Shown here: piece after piece, positions 13,843 through 27,470 of the stretch | Numbering within the stretch: position 1 is the first letter of the stretch | Layout: every line of letters begins with the position of its first letter | Origin: Octopus vulgaris | Lineage: Eukaryota | Assembly: GCA_951406725.2 (NCBI GenBank) | Contig: OX597816.1 | Location: forward strand, 77,066,001 to 77,130,000 | Reading direction: 5' to 3' | Length of the DNA stretch: 64,000 bases | The notes under the pieces: model-generated | Told to the model about the DNA's origin: nothing | Database searches by the model: none | What the model saw: only the letters and a program-made list of their open reading frames with translations | Made by a program: the position numbers and the translations under genes

Positions 13843-14760
13843 AGCAGTTCTTGTTGGTGGTGGTGGTGATGGTGTTGTTTCCGCTGTTGGTGATGTCGAA
13901 TCTACTGATGGTGATTTTGATTGGTTGGGTTGGTTGAGTGGGCGGATGGGTTGGTTGTTTCGATCGTTCGTTCGTTAGTGGAGCTGTTTCATCTGTTGTT
14001 GCTGCTGTAGTTGTGCTGATAGCGGCGTGGGTAACAGTTTTGGTTTCCTGTTGGGTTTTTTCTTTTTGTTGTTGTTGCTGTTGCATTGTTGAGTAATCGA
14101 CCTTGAGGTGGTTTTTGCTACCATAAAGGTGACATCGCGGCATTCTGCCTTCTATGTCCACATGTAGGTTTGTGCCGTCTGGCAGTTTTACAAAGTCTGG
14201 GATCGATTCAATTGTCTCTTGATTCACTTGGACCAAGAACTCGACCCTGTGTCCAACCCAGTTTTGCTGCTCCGGGATGGCAATTTCTAGCATATTAAGT
14301 GCCTCCTCAAAATAATAGCAGACAGCTGACACTTGGCATCGTATTTCTATCTCAGGGGCACATCTTTAATTTTTGTTTTCGTCACACGACGACCAAGGTA
14401 TGTAGGAATCATGATTTCCTCGCATTCAGGTGACTTAATGGAATGTTCTTTTGCTTGTTCTTCTGTGTTGAACCTTACTTCGAAAGTGGCAAATCTTTTG
14501 CCCTTTGTAGTATATTTTTTGAAAGCCTATGTAGGCCGTAAGTACTTTTCCACCGTTTGTTGAGTTGCATGTTCCCGCCTTTTTGTTTTGAGTTTAGTGT
14601 TTTGCAAATTATTGTTTTCTTTGAAATGTCATGTACAATGTCTTTTGGTGTGTGTAATTTCTTCTTTGGTTAAAATTGACTTGCATTCTACCAATTCTTG
14701 GGTTGAAAAGAACTAGTCGTCTCCTTTACTTCAGAATAGATGCATAATAGTTCTGCTTCT
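13843..14760 (-). mobile_element. Decayed LINE ORF1 with degenerate CCHC knuckle and Gln/Thr-rich tail
   Basis: IPDFVKLPDGTNLHVDIEGRMPRCHLYGSKNHLKVD; frameshifted upstream block homologous to 1666-2160. Confidence 0.65.
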
Positions 14761-14950
14761 TGTTATTGTCACACTGAGTCATTGCCTTGAATGGTTTTGT
14801 TAACCAAATCAACCACAGTGCTTATTTTTAAAAGTCTGCCACCAATTCTGTATATTTTGGCGAACCATAAAGTTACAGGGACATAAACAAGCTGGCAGCA
14901 ATTGTAAAACGAAGAAATAAGAAACCCAAATCTCCATACATACATACACA

Positions 14951-15018
<68 letters not shown>

Positions 15019-15567
15019 ACACGATGGGCTTGCAGACAGTTTGAATCTACCAAATTTACTCACAAGTCTTTGATCGGCCCGAAGCTAGAGTAGAAGACAC
15101 TTGTATAAGCTATCACGCATTGAGACTGAACCCAAAACCACGTAGTTGCGAAGTGAGCTTCTTAACCACACAGCCATGCCTGCATCTATATATGGACTAA
15201 ATTATAATTTTTTCAGTTATTGTTTTCCACATTTTGACGAGGCAAAAGGTTTGGGAAACAGTGAGTTAGAGGAACGAAATATCAGTTTATTAAGAGATCA
15301 AATCAATGAAGAGGAACTAAACATTTAGTTCAATTCAACTTGAAATATTTTTATCTTCAGCATTTATTGGCTTCTCCAGTTACACCTAGCATTGAAGCGT
15401 TTTATCAATATATAATATTCAATTTACATTGCTCTTTGATCCAGATGCAATTAATAATTTTCACTTTTTATGAAAAGTTTATGCAGCATATAATAATTTC
15501 TATAAAAGCCTTCTATAGTGGATATCAAATTAAAATGTTGCACACCTATATGCATATGTGTGTGTGC

Positions 15568-15613
<46 letters not shown>

Positions 15614-16462
15614 ATGAGTGTGTGTGTATACATGTATACATGCGTGTGTGTGTGTGTGTGTAATTTATTCTATAGAAATTAATGAAACAAACAATGCTTC
15701 GGTTTTGAACAACTTCGAAGAAAAAAGATAAATTGTAACAATACAATTATATCTGTTCGATTTCATCACAATAAACAGATGCCATTTTTATTCTTATGTT
15801 TACAATTGCTTTGCTTTCCTTTGTTTTCACTCTTTAAACTGAGGAAAAGACAAATTGAAATACAAAACAAAAAATATATATCATATGAAAATATATATTA
15901 AGTACATTTAACAGCTTTCTTTTTCTATTTTTGTAAGTATTCTTATTTTGCCATTTCTAAATTTCCTAAATATATGTATCCAATTACACTACACTACTGT
16001 GATTAAAGATCTCTAAATTTCTAACTCAACTTTTATTTTAGACACAGATGAAACATTTTAAATAAGCAAGAGAACGTAGATGAAGAAATTACTTTTTTAA
16101 AATCATTGACATTGAAACTTTTCCATTGAAAATTTTCAAACCTGTCAAATTGTCGTTATAGTATCACGTTCTAGAAGCATCTTAAATATTGTTAAATCAG
16201 ATCAAATAATCCAAGTAGACGTCATCTAATTTTCAAAAAAGAAAGTTATTGATTTTATTTATATGTTTATTAATTTATTTATTTATTACTAGTATTAGCA
16301 CTCGTCTCTGATAATGATACTAGTTCTCCATCTGTCAGCTAAATTATTTGGTTGCACTTTTCTTTTCGAAGCAGAATAATTTTAAAGAAACTTTGAATTT
16401 CAATTTCAAAGGATATGTCATATGTGTTTTATTTCGCATAAGAAAAGCAATAAAACTGAAAG

Positions 16463-16740
16463 AGTTTAATTTCACTATGGCAATATCACCAATGCAGATA
16501 TTTTCCTTCAGTTTTTGCTGGAATATTAATCATTAAGAAAATGTCTCCATCAACAGTTTAATTTCACTGTAGCAATGCTATCTTTCTTCCAGATATTTAT
16601 CTTCAAATCTCGTTGGAATATTGGTTCTTGAAATGATTCATACATAGTTTTATTTCATTGTTGCAATGTCTTTCTTACAGATATTTTCTCGCAAAAGTTT
16701 TGCTAGGACATTCAACATGGGGACCATATCTTCATCAGTA
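16463..16740 (+). repeat. Diverged minisatellite, three units of about 92 bp
   Basis: Units start agtttWatttcaYt at 16463, 16555 and 16646; each contains gcaat and cagatattt. Confidence 0.75.
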
Positions 16741-18137
16741 GTGTTTTTTAGCAGATAGAGAACCAGACATTAGAAGGAATGCAATATAGTCGCCATGCTC
16801 AACCCAAGCTCTACTTGACTACTAGATCAATAGAAATAGATCTATTTCTATTAGTCTATGAATGATTTCAACTCAGAAGAAAAAGGACTAACTAAGCGCT
16901 GAAAGACGTTTTATCGACGCCCTACCAATTCAGCCCTAATCAATCAACCGCTCTAAATAAAAGTTTCTTATATAAACACGAAGCTACAATACTTAATCGC
17001 TACTCAATTTATCGATCATCAGAATGATTAAACGCAAAGACGACTCCGATAATATTTGAATTCAAAATGTAACGGGCTCCAACTAAACGCAAGAATGCAT
17101 AGTGTACGTTGCTCTGTCACATCTACCAAGTAATTGATAATGTTCTATAATGTTGTGTGAATCGCCCCCTTGCAGTAGATCAACTGCGGTCACGATCCAA
17201 TATTAATTCCAGTTAAAGAAAATTTGCTTCATTAAATTTAAATGAAACAAATGATGTATGCAAATGAAAATAATTTTCCTTTTTCCTGCCATGAGATATG
17301 TCGGTCTTTGAGAATATTTGATAAAAATTATTTTAGATCTGTCGTTATGAATATACTTTCTTACATAGAAAGTTTCAATAGTGATTATATTGACTCCTGT
17401 GTATATCTTGTATGATACTGCGAGATTTATGTTGTTTCTTTAGAAAACTAAATCTGTTCATTTATTTTAATGAGTCGCTAAGTCACCAGCGAAGGATTTG
17501 TAACAAAGCAAGTTCGGAACCCATCTCTATTTAGAAAAAGATAACCATCCTTTACAGTAATTATACAGTTCACTTAGGTAGGGAGCAGAAAACGAGAGGA
17601 CCCTCTACTGGGTAACTCGAACTGTTAGAAAAAGTAATCTATTTCAATTGGTACTTTGCCGTCTTAAAAGCGGAAAAACAATTGAATAATGTTCTCTTAC
17701 ATAGACCGTTTCTCAAATTAAGACGTGGAGGACATAACAAGAATGCCTTTGATCAAAGTTCTATTCAATTCTTGCTGATCTGGAACTAAACAGCTTCAAC
17801 GTAAACAAGAGACTGAATTTATTAACCCTAAACTCCAAAACTGAACTTATACAAAATGTGAAAACTAGTTAAACTATTTGATATGTAGGTCAAGGTCAGT
17901 TCTGCACCTTAAAAGTATCAGTCGTGACCTTATCCTTCTGTATATACGATAGGGTGTATAGTTTAAGGAAGATTTGGTGGTTATTTCTCGCAGATCCAGC
18001 TATCATGTAGGGGACTTCTTGTCGACTCGGCAATGAAGACAGCAGTACTGGACACTGTAAATCAAATGATAAACCGAGTCTGCAAGCCGATTTCGATACA
18101 AGTAGCTCGAGAGAGAGAGAGAGAGAGGGAGAGGGAG

Positions 18138-18176
<39 letters not shown>

Positions 18177-19639
18177 TATGGAAACAATTGACTGAAAAAG
18201 ACGAAGGAACCAAAGATCGAAGTCTTCTCATTAACCATGGAAACTAGACTCATCATAGTTTCGGGTCGTTTAAAATCCAAAGACTTTAAATTCCATGGTA
18301 ATACTTCTCTGATTACACCAGTGATATAGTAAATGTCCCTGAAGTAATGGAAACACAAAAGACCAGTGTTTTTTTATTGTTGTTGTCGTTGTCGCCGTCG
18401 TTATTGCAGTTTTTAGCAATTGGCTTCGATCTAAAGAAAGTTTGTGTTCATGAACTTTTAAAACGGTTGAGATCGATTTCAGTTAATGTTCCGCCAAGTT
18501 GTCGGAAAATCATGGGCTAGGGAAGAATTTCAGACGAGTAACGTCCTGGTGTGAAAGGTCTAACACAGAGATCAATGTAAGCCTAGTAGTGGAAGAAACA
18601 CATTATGTGTGATGAGAAAAGAAGAGACGAGCGATAGCACGTTGTACAAAAGTTGAATTCGTTGTTGAGAGACTTCATGCCAATAAGTCAAATGCAGCAG
18701 CACTCTTTACAGGAAATTTCTTAGCGGTGGAATTCCACTCGTGAGTGACATATAAACGCAGGTCCTTAGAAGATTTGAATTACTGGAGAACCTGCTGATA
18801 GTTAATGAAAAAGAGGCTTTTAAGCTGATGATGAAATGGTTTGTTTAGATCCATCAACTCTGAAGCATTAAAAGTGTGAGCCAAAGAGGAATGGGTCACA
18901 GGCGTGTCCTTTATGAGAATGGCACATACTGTTGCATATTTCCAAAGGTAATGATAGACCCTTTAAGAGACAGTAGACAGATTGAAGAATTTAGCAAGAA
19001 TAGAAAATATTTCCTGAGTACGTTCTTTGGAAAGAATATTGTTAAGAGCAGTGGTCTTGTTGATTTGAAGTGACCAGAACTACCGTTACTTAGCTTGCAT
19101 GCGTACCTGGTAATAAACGGTAGAGAGGGTGAGAACTTCAGATTATTTACCTAGTGTATACAGTGCCGAGTTGGAGATTTCTTTCCACGAGTCTACTGAT
19201 TAGAGGACTATCATACTTGAGGAGTGTAGGGAAGAGAGTTTCTACAAAGTGGCTAAAGATTCAGTTATCAAAGGACCAAAGGAATTATCTGAAGCTCGGT
19301 AGGTGGGAGATCTTACAGACTGTGCAATGCTGCAAGACATATTCAGCGTTCCAGACGATGCTTTGGCAGGGGTTGCAGGGTGGGGAGGTAGAAGTGGGTA
19401 ATTTTAGGCCATTTACTTGGAATGCAACTATAATTCAATCACTTGGGGCTGGGAGCTTTGGTTGTGTGTGGAATGTGGAGAGACATTCCTAAAAGGATAG
19501 TTTCAGTCACCTGCATAGCTGTCTCGTATTGATTAAAGGTGTGGCATATACACTATCAGGGAAATTTCGCATAGAACTAGCAGTACTTCGACCAGTCATC
19601 AGATTTCGGGTTAGAGGTGTAGGCTTTTACACTCTTCCT

Positions 19640-20360
19640 TGAAAATCCCTTCATACCTTCTGAAGTATGCAGAAAACGTAATCCCTTCTTCAATTGAATT
19701 AGCAACCGCGTCTGCCAAAAACGAGCTTGAAGTGTTTTCGACTGCAACAGTAATTGCAACTGTTGATTTTGTTGTTGTACATGTTCCTGCTGTTTCTGTT
19801 GTTCTTGTTGTTGCTGCTTTGTTTGTTTGTTTGTTTGTTGAGCGAAGCGGTCTTCGTCCCAGAGTGGGAGAAGTCCGAAACGTGGTTCTTTGCTATTCGT
19901 AAGACCCACAGAAGAGAAAGCAGGTCAACCCCCGACACCGAGAGCATCGACAGATGGATGAATGTGCATACAGGCTCAGCGGTGGCGTAGGAAGTCTGGG
20001 ATAAGAAGCAGAAGAAAGAGTGAGAGAAAGTTGGAGCGAAAGAGTACAATAGGGGTCGCCACCACCCCCTGCCGGAGCCTCGTGGAGCGTTAGATGTTTT
20101 CATTCAATAAACACACACAACGACCGATCTGGGAATCGAAACCGCGATCCTTCGAGCGCGATTCCGCTACCCTAAACACTGGGCCGTTGCGCCTCCTGTT
20201 GCTGTAGTTGCCGTTGTTGCTGCTGCTGCTCTTATTGATGTTGTTGTAGTTTCCGTTGCAACTGAACCACGGAAGCTAATAGGTCTTCCATGCCAATAAC
20301 GTCCGCCGTGAGCTTCGAATGTCTTATCACCACTGTTATGTCTTTCTTTGAACTCACTGT
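19640..20360 (-). mobile_element. Possible ORF1 low-complexity tail relic, split by a SINE
   Basis: (CAA/ACA)-rich tract and an eroded knuckle-like segment near 20290, in the same layout as the 13843 relic. Confidence 0.35.
19820..20196 (-). mobile_element. SINE family 3 (tail Y, (CAAA)n end)
   Basis: Same head and body as 27187, unrelated 3' half. Confidence 0.82.
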
Positions 20361-20361
20361 A

Positions 20362-22015
20362 GGTATATTATGCTAAATTATGATTTTGAGATGGAATTTC
20401 TACCATCAAAATAAATTAGGACACGTGGATGGGCTGTCAAGATTGATTTCTAAATGTAAATGAACCGTTACAGGACACGGTAATAGCGGCATTAAAAGCC
20501 GAAATCGAAATAAAAAAACATACTCTGCAACGTAGTACGCGAATTAGCTGTCACTTTAGAAGAAATAAAAATTAAAGTAGAGAAGAATGCGTTCATAATA
20601 AAAATGAAAAAGCAATGAAGTTTGAAACAAATGCAAAAACTCAATTAATCGAGCGTAACACAGTTTCGAAATGGTATTCGATATGTGACAACGTACTTAT
20701 GTACGCTCAAGGGTTGTGATACCTGTTTCTTTGCAAAACCGTATTTTAAAAGAATTTCACATGGGACACCCAGGAACCGCGAGAATGAAAGCATTGATGA
20801 GAAGCTATATTTACTGGCCAAATATGGATCAGGATTTTGAAAAGTTGGTGAAAGACTTCAGGCGTTGCGCCCTGGCAGCAAAGGCACCACCTATAAAATT
20901 CAACCTTGGCCTAACACTGACGTACCTTGGTCAAGATTACACATAGACTTCGCTGGACCGTTAAATGGAGGATATTATCTAATAGTCGTGGATATTTACA
21001 CAAAATGGTCAGAAATATGAAAATGTAAGAAGCCAACCGCCAAAATAACGATGGAATTTCTGGACGAACTTTTTGCACGATATGGTGTCCCACACAGTAT
21101 CTGATAACGGAGCACAGTTCATGTCAAAGGATTTTAAAAACTTTTGCAAAATGCATGCAATGGAACATATTACTGCTAAGAGATCGAATCGACTAGTGGA
21201 ACGTTTCGTAGACACGTTTAAGAGGCTACTGAAAAAAATTCTAGAAATGAACTACTGCTTTGACGCAATTCTTCAGTGTCTACCGAATAAGGCCTAACCA
21301 CAACACCACATCAAGTATGTCGCCGGCTGAACTAATGTTCATCAGGAAAGTCAGGTCAGTGTTTAACAAATTACTACCGGAAAGAAAAGAAAAAATGGAA
21401 ACACTGAAAATAAGATGAAATACTTCAAAATCGGTGACAATGTTTCTTTAAAAATATACAGAAACGAAGAGGAAAGTTGGGAAGAAAGTATAAGTAAACT
21501 TTTATGAAAAATAACGTACATGATAAAAGGTCATACGTGGGAACACAAGAGACACCTAAACCAACTGAAAAAAAGGTTTACGGAAGAAAGAATAAGACAT
21601 GAAGAGCCAATGGAATTTGTTTATGCCATTTTTGTCGTTCTGATACCCCAAGGAATAATCGAACCAACGAGTACAACGATTAGGAAAAGAAAGCAACCAG
21701 AACTTTTGTAAATAAACCCAAAACGGAAAAATTATTCCAATTTCTTCCTAGGGAATTGAAAAAATGGGGGTGGGGTGAAGTGATGATAATAAAGATAATA
21801 ACTAAAAGAAAAATATTGACTTCCAACGAAAGTCAAACTCTAAAAGTGAAATGTGTGCAGGCGCTTCGTGAAGACAGCCGTAGAAGTCGTTAAGAGATAT
21901 TGTTTGTTACTTGTTTCTGATTTATATTTATATTGTTATAACCTTATAAGTCTACGTTATAAAGTGGCTTATACAGTGAATTCAAAGGACATGACAGTTT
22001 CGACGAGACACAACA
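20362..22015 (+). mobile_element. Gypsy/Ty3 LTR retrotransposon relic: RNase H end, integrase, PPT and 3' LTR
   Basis: Motifs GHVDGLSRLI; LKEFHMGHPGTARMKALMRSYIYWPNMDQD (HHCC); PWSRLHIDFAGPLNG; SDNGAQF; VERFVDTFKR, with many frameshifts. A purine tract at about 21759-21780 is followed by TG (21781) and a candidate LTR end ...CAACA (22015). Confidence 0.9.
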
Positions 22016-22099
22016 AGGTAATACAAGTTATTACTTATAACTGCATTTTTCGCAAGACATACCGTTAATTGGTTTATTTGCATATTTCTTGATGCTTCC

Positions 22100-23780
22100 A
22101 GGCAACAATTCTAAAATTTAATCAGAATAAAGCAGTAGATTTGGCGGTTTTCTTACTTGCTTTCCCTTTTCCTGTTCCACTGCTGGTAACTTTTCTCTTT
22201 CCACTCTGAATGATTCCTCCATTTCACCTTCGTACAATTGTTCTTCTGAATCCTCCTCTTCTACTGGTACAATCCATGTCTCTTCCTTCTGCAACTCCTC
22301 TTTGAGCTCCTTTTCACGTTCTTTTTCGACCTCCTTGTCAACCACCATTTTATTTTCCTTCCGTTTGACTTTCATAACTTCTTTCTCTACCGTTTCCTTC
22401 TTCTTTTTCTGCCTATCACTTCTCTTTCACTTTTTACTACCGTAAATCCTTCATCCGTTCTTTCTTCCTTTACCTCGACTTGTACCACTTGGTCTGCACT
22501 CTCTTGTTCTCTATCTATTCCATCTGTTGTTCTCTCTGGTGGTACCTTGCCTTCATGTGGCCTTTTTCCCCACATCCATAGCATATGGGCGGTCTACACT
22601 CCACCACCACTCGTAGTTACGTCCTCAGGAAAAACTATTTCTTCCGAGATTCTATTGAGGTCATCTATACTCGCTTGAATGGCCATTTCTATGCCATATA
22701 CCCAATAGTTTACCAGTTTGATTCTTGTGGCCTTGAGAACATTGGCCTCCTCCTCCATATTGTACATGATGGCTGTCATCAGCCATGTTTCTTTAATCTG
22801 TAGCGGCACTTTGCACGCTCTTACTGTGGCAACACGTTTGCTACAGTAGGACTGCAAAAGCACCCATTCTTCTGTCCTTATGGCTTCCGCTGAGTGCTTA
22901 ATACATACACTACAATGATTTCTCCGTTATCTTTCCACCACCGTGAATCCCTCCTGGATAGTGAGCTCGATCCCGTATCCCAGTAGTTGATTCTTTGTGT
23001 CCTTGTGGCATTCAGTGTCTTGGCCTCATCTCTCATGTTGAACATTATGATTGTCATCAGCCATGTTTCTTTTAGTTCTAAGGAAAAAAACAATAATTTA
23101 CAATAACAATATCAGCAATTCGAAAAGTAATAATCAAACAACAAATATTTAACGCTCTGGCTTACGACAAAAATACTCCGTTATCAACAACTCAAACCAC
23201 CTGCAAATCTACGCGCCGCTTCGAATACATACATTACACTGTATTTCTTTATTTGGCACCACGGCCACAACACAGAGGACACTACAAGGGCAGACACAAC
23301 ACCACAATTGGGACATAAAACATAAAACGAATGAGAATGAAATGTTATATAAAAATGAAGAAATGAAATGGCTGCATGGGCCCATTCCCATGCAGTACCA
23401 TTTGAACGTTTATACACACTATTTACGATCGTTCTATTTTCTATTGTTTTTTTTCTTAATTATCTTTTTTTCCTCTTTTTTTCATTGAAACATTTTTACT
23501 TTTTACTTTTTTTTTCTTTCTTTCAACAAAATAATTTTACTTAATCTTTTTTGTTCCATTTTAATACCTCATGTGAGGCTCCACATCTCTGGTGGCAGTT
23601 CATCGAACTCCACCAACACTCCCGGCGGGTCAGTCTTGTTTCCGCACATGTCTACTAGTCTATTGTAGAATACATACACTACACTGATTATCACTGACAG
23701 TGCGCATGCGCCTCTATACGGTTTAGCTATCCCACAGGGTCGTCAGGATTTCACCACAACATGCACTGAGTTAAAATCCC
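22100..23780 (-). mobile_element. Decayed LINE ORF1 with CCHC-like knuckle, acidic tail and probable 5' UTR
   Basis: Minus strand about 22610-22545 reads VVVECRPPICYGCGEKGHMKARY, followed by a Glu/Lys-rich region; the KETWLMT block is internally duplicated. Confidence 0.65.
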
Positions 23781-26349
23781 TTAGAAAAAAAAAAACGCTA
23801 ATGGCTTATTTTGTTATATACTTCTGAATAACTGTTATTGTTGCTTTTGTTGATATGTTTCTTGAAGTTCCGACTGAACAGATCCAGCATCAAAACTTTT
23901 CGAGCAGGGACCATCTATTGCATTATGTTCAATGAATCAAGTTTTGTCTATTGTATAATGTATCAAGGATCACATTTTAACAAGCTAAAGTGTGATCTGA
24001 AGGGGGATATAACTGCTGTTTCTGACAAGTCAAGCAACCGTATACCCACTACTCTTTATCTCGTTTTTGATTATAGTTTCCCTAACATTTTATTCCTACG
24101 TTTTTTTTACGCTTCCTTTTATTTTAGATACTGTACTTCCAATTTGTTTAAATGTCAAATATTAATATTTATCAAATGAGAAAAACAAATTAATACAATT
24201 TTATTTCTTCGTTATTTTAAGACGTACCATGATTAATTTGCATATTTAAAATAATCAGCATACAAATAGATAGATAGATAGATAGATAGATATGGAGATG
24301 TGTAAAAGCGTATGTGTTCGTGTATTTGTATTCGTCCCTACTAAGGGTACAAAACCGGAGTTCTGTTGCTCATGCCCACGTTCTGCAAAAGAAACCGATA
24401 GAATAAATACCAGACTTGAAAAAATATGTACTGTGTGGACTGAGGGCCCTTGGTAAACTAAATCCTTCACGGCGTTATAACGTTTTGTTTCAACGTTTAA
24501 CACATAAAACATTTGAATTTGAATTCCAGAAGATTCATTTCATTTGACATAAATTTTTGAATGCATTCGTCTCATTGGCATTTTGTATGGCTTTTATTCT
24601 ATATTTAAATATACTGGCACAATAGAAACGATCGTCGGCAATGTACGGTGTAATCACCAATTCACGATGCGATATTATCCATTCTTGTCCATGTTGTTAT
24701 GTGTGTGTGTATTCAGATCCCTTTCCTTTATACTGATCAAATGAATGTCTAATGACTTGCTTAAGAAACTCAGAGTAAAATATACAACCTAGAGTAACAT
24801 ACATAAGAATTGGTATTACTTTAAATACGCATGCGTATATAATTCTTTCTAATTTGCCCACGAGACCAGCAATCTTGAGGAATAAAGATTAATTGGATAT
24901 ATCGACCTCAGTCATCTTACCTGGTAATTATTTTGTGGACCCCGAAAGTTTCAAAATGAAAGCGGCGTTCGAAATTAGAACGTAAGCAACCAGAAGAAAT
25001 GCTGATAAATATTTTTCCCGGCGTGCTAGCGATTCTGCCACCTTATTTCTTTATATGCATATATATATAACGCATGGCTCAGTGATTAGAACAGCGGGTT
25101 CACTATCATGAGGTAGTGAGTTCGATTCTCGAAGCGGGCTGTGTGTTGTGTTCTTGAGCAAGACATTTATATTTTATGTTATTCCAGTTCACTCAGCTGC
25201 AGAATTGAGTCGCGACGTCTCCGGTGCCAAGCTGTATCGACCTTTGTTTTTCCTTTGGACAACATCAGTGGCGTGGAGAGGGAAGGCTTGCATGCATGGG
25301 CGACTGCTGGCCTTTCATAAGCAACCTTGCTCAGGCCTTCGGAACTTTTTAGGTGCAATCCCATGGCTTTTTATGACTGAAGAGATTCCTCTACATGTAT
25401 TACCCAACTTCTGTGAGTGTGTGTGTAAATGTATATCTATAATATATAAATATATGTACATTAATATAAGAGAGAAGAAAAGAGAGAACGACAAAGGGGA
25501 GATAGAAATAAGACATTTTAAAATCAAGAAGTATTGTATGACAAAAAAAAAAGAGTTAACAAAACTAAATTTGCTGATATTCAAATTCAAATAATGTTTT
25601 ATGTGTTGAACGTTTTAACAAACTAAGAGAATTCTTTGTTTAGGAAAATATTAAAAAGTCAGTCAAGTAACTTGATAACATTATTTGTATAATGGGTGCA
25701 CAACCTGCATTAATTTGAATACTGATTTATCGTTTTCTTCATCTATAATGATCTTATTCAATTATCGAGTTTGTAATTCTAATGACGGAATTAAAAAGTC
25801 ATGAAATGAAGCTGAATAAATAACGAAATAAATAAGCACTTCAAGTTTTTTTTTTTTGTTGTTTTATTGTATATGTATGTGTGAGTGATGTGCATGTGTG
25901 TGGATGTGTGTGTGTGTGTGAGAGAGTGTTTGTGTGTGTGTGAGAGAGTGTTTGTGTGCGGGGCGGGGGTAGTGCGCGCGTGCGCGTGTTTTAATGAAAT
26001 TACATTGTGAAATTAGAGAATATGGAGTTAAATATAAACTGCATGTTAAATACCTATCCAGATGATTAAAAACCTTATATTTTCCCCTTTTACCTGTTTC
26101 AGCCTGCGGGTTGCGGCCATACTGGACCAACGCCATTGTCTAAATGTTACCGGTTAATGTGGTTAGACTTCCTTAAAGGAGGATAATCTCTGTTTTTGTT
26201 GTTTATTTTTTCTATCTACGGTAGTTTGTGCTCCTCAGTGTCCTCAGTGTCCTATACAAGCAGGTCTAATAAGCTGGATGATTTTAAGCACTGATCCATG
26301 ATAGATGTCCGTCGGTGTTAATAAAATTAGCATCAGCAATATAAATAAA

Positions 26350-26597
26350 AAAATAAATGCGCCCTTTTAAAGCTTAGCCAGGCTCATGGGCCCGGTTTCA
26401 ATGGCGTATGTGTTCCCCAGCTGGACGGGACGCCAGTCCATCGCAGCGTTACTCATTTTTGCCAGCTGAGTGGACTGAAGCAACGTGAAATGAAGTGTTT
26501 TGCTCAATTACACAATGCGTCGCCCAGTCCAAGAATCGAAACCACTATCTTACGATCATGATGCTGACACCCTAACCACTAAGCCACACGCCTCCAC
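26350..26597 (-). mobile_element. SINE with family 4 head/core and tail X
   Basis: Core as in 35600; the 3' half gagtaacgctgcgatggactggcgtcc..aacacatacgcca matches the tail of 27187. Confidence 0.82.
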
Positions 26598-27186
26598 CAG
26601 CAGCAATATAGTGAATTCTATTTAACAAACAACACTATGTCGAACCAGTGAACACTCAACCTCCTATAAAGAGTAACAAAATCAGATTCCCCTAAAATGA
26701 GACACTGCTCCCTTTAAAAAGGAAAGAAATAATGGATAAAGCGGTTTTGGATACACTATATTTGGCAATAAAAGATGTGATAGCCATAACTGGAACGTTT
26801 TTGATTACAGATCTGCTTTAGAAGACTAAACTCGGGTGCCAAACAATGACATCAGTAAAACTCACCAATTTAGACAACAGCACCACTAATACTACCATCA
26901 CCAACACTATTACCTTCATCAAGTCAATGTGGCCCTTCAGGTTTCTATAAAAGCAGTTATTTTCCTAAAATCTCGCGAAACCGTTTCCCAAGCATGAAGA
27001 ACGCTTCAGAAATATAGTTCGAAAAAAGAAACGAGATTGTCGTAGTTGGAATGCTTTTGACCATTGGACTAATCGATCATAATTCACCTAGAATCAAACA
27101 ATAAAGAAAATGTGGCTTCTAGCTTAGATTGTTTATGAGACTCATTCCAATCTAATGTTAAGATAATATTTATTATAAGCCTTTAA

Positions 27187-27470
27187 GGAGGCGCAATGGC
27201 TCAGTGGTTAGGGCAGCGGGCTCGCAGGTCAGAGGATCGCGGTTTCGATTCCCAGACCGGGCGTTGTGTGTGTTTATTGAGCGAAAACACCTGAAGCTCC
27301 ACGAGGTCCGGCAGGAGGTGATGGTGACCCCTGTTGTACTCTTTCGCCCCAACTTTCTCTCACTCTTTCTTCCTGTTTCTTGAGTAACGCTGCGATGAAC
27401 TGGCGTCCTGTCCAACTGGGGGGAACACATACGCCACAGAAGCCTGATTAGGCTTGAAAAGGGCCTATGA
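27187..27470 (+). mobile_element. tRNA-derived SINE family 3 (tail X)
   Basis: ggaggcgcaatggctcagtggttagggcagcgg..ggtttcgattccc head; its tail is shared with 26350-26597. Confidence 0.85.

Noticed and set aside
16463-16740. CRISPR-like periodic repeats (also 51196-51268)
   Set aside because: The units are tandem and similar throughout with no unique spacers, there are no cas genes, and the context is eukaryotic.
16829-16852. 24-bp perfect palindrome aatagaaatagatctatttctatt
   Set aside because: Short and AT-rich with no supporting context; likely a local inversion event.
27187-27260. tRNA-like sequences (also 25071, 26530, 35870, 63620)
   Set aside because: They have A/B boxes but no proper cloverleaf and run directly into SINE bodies; they are SINE heads, not tRNA genes.
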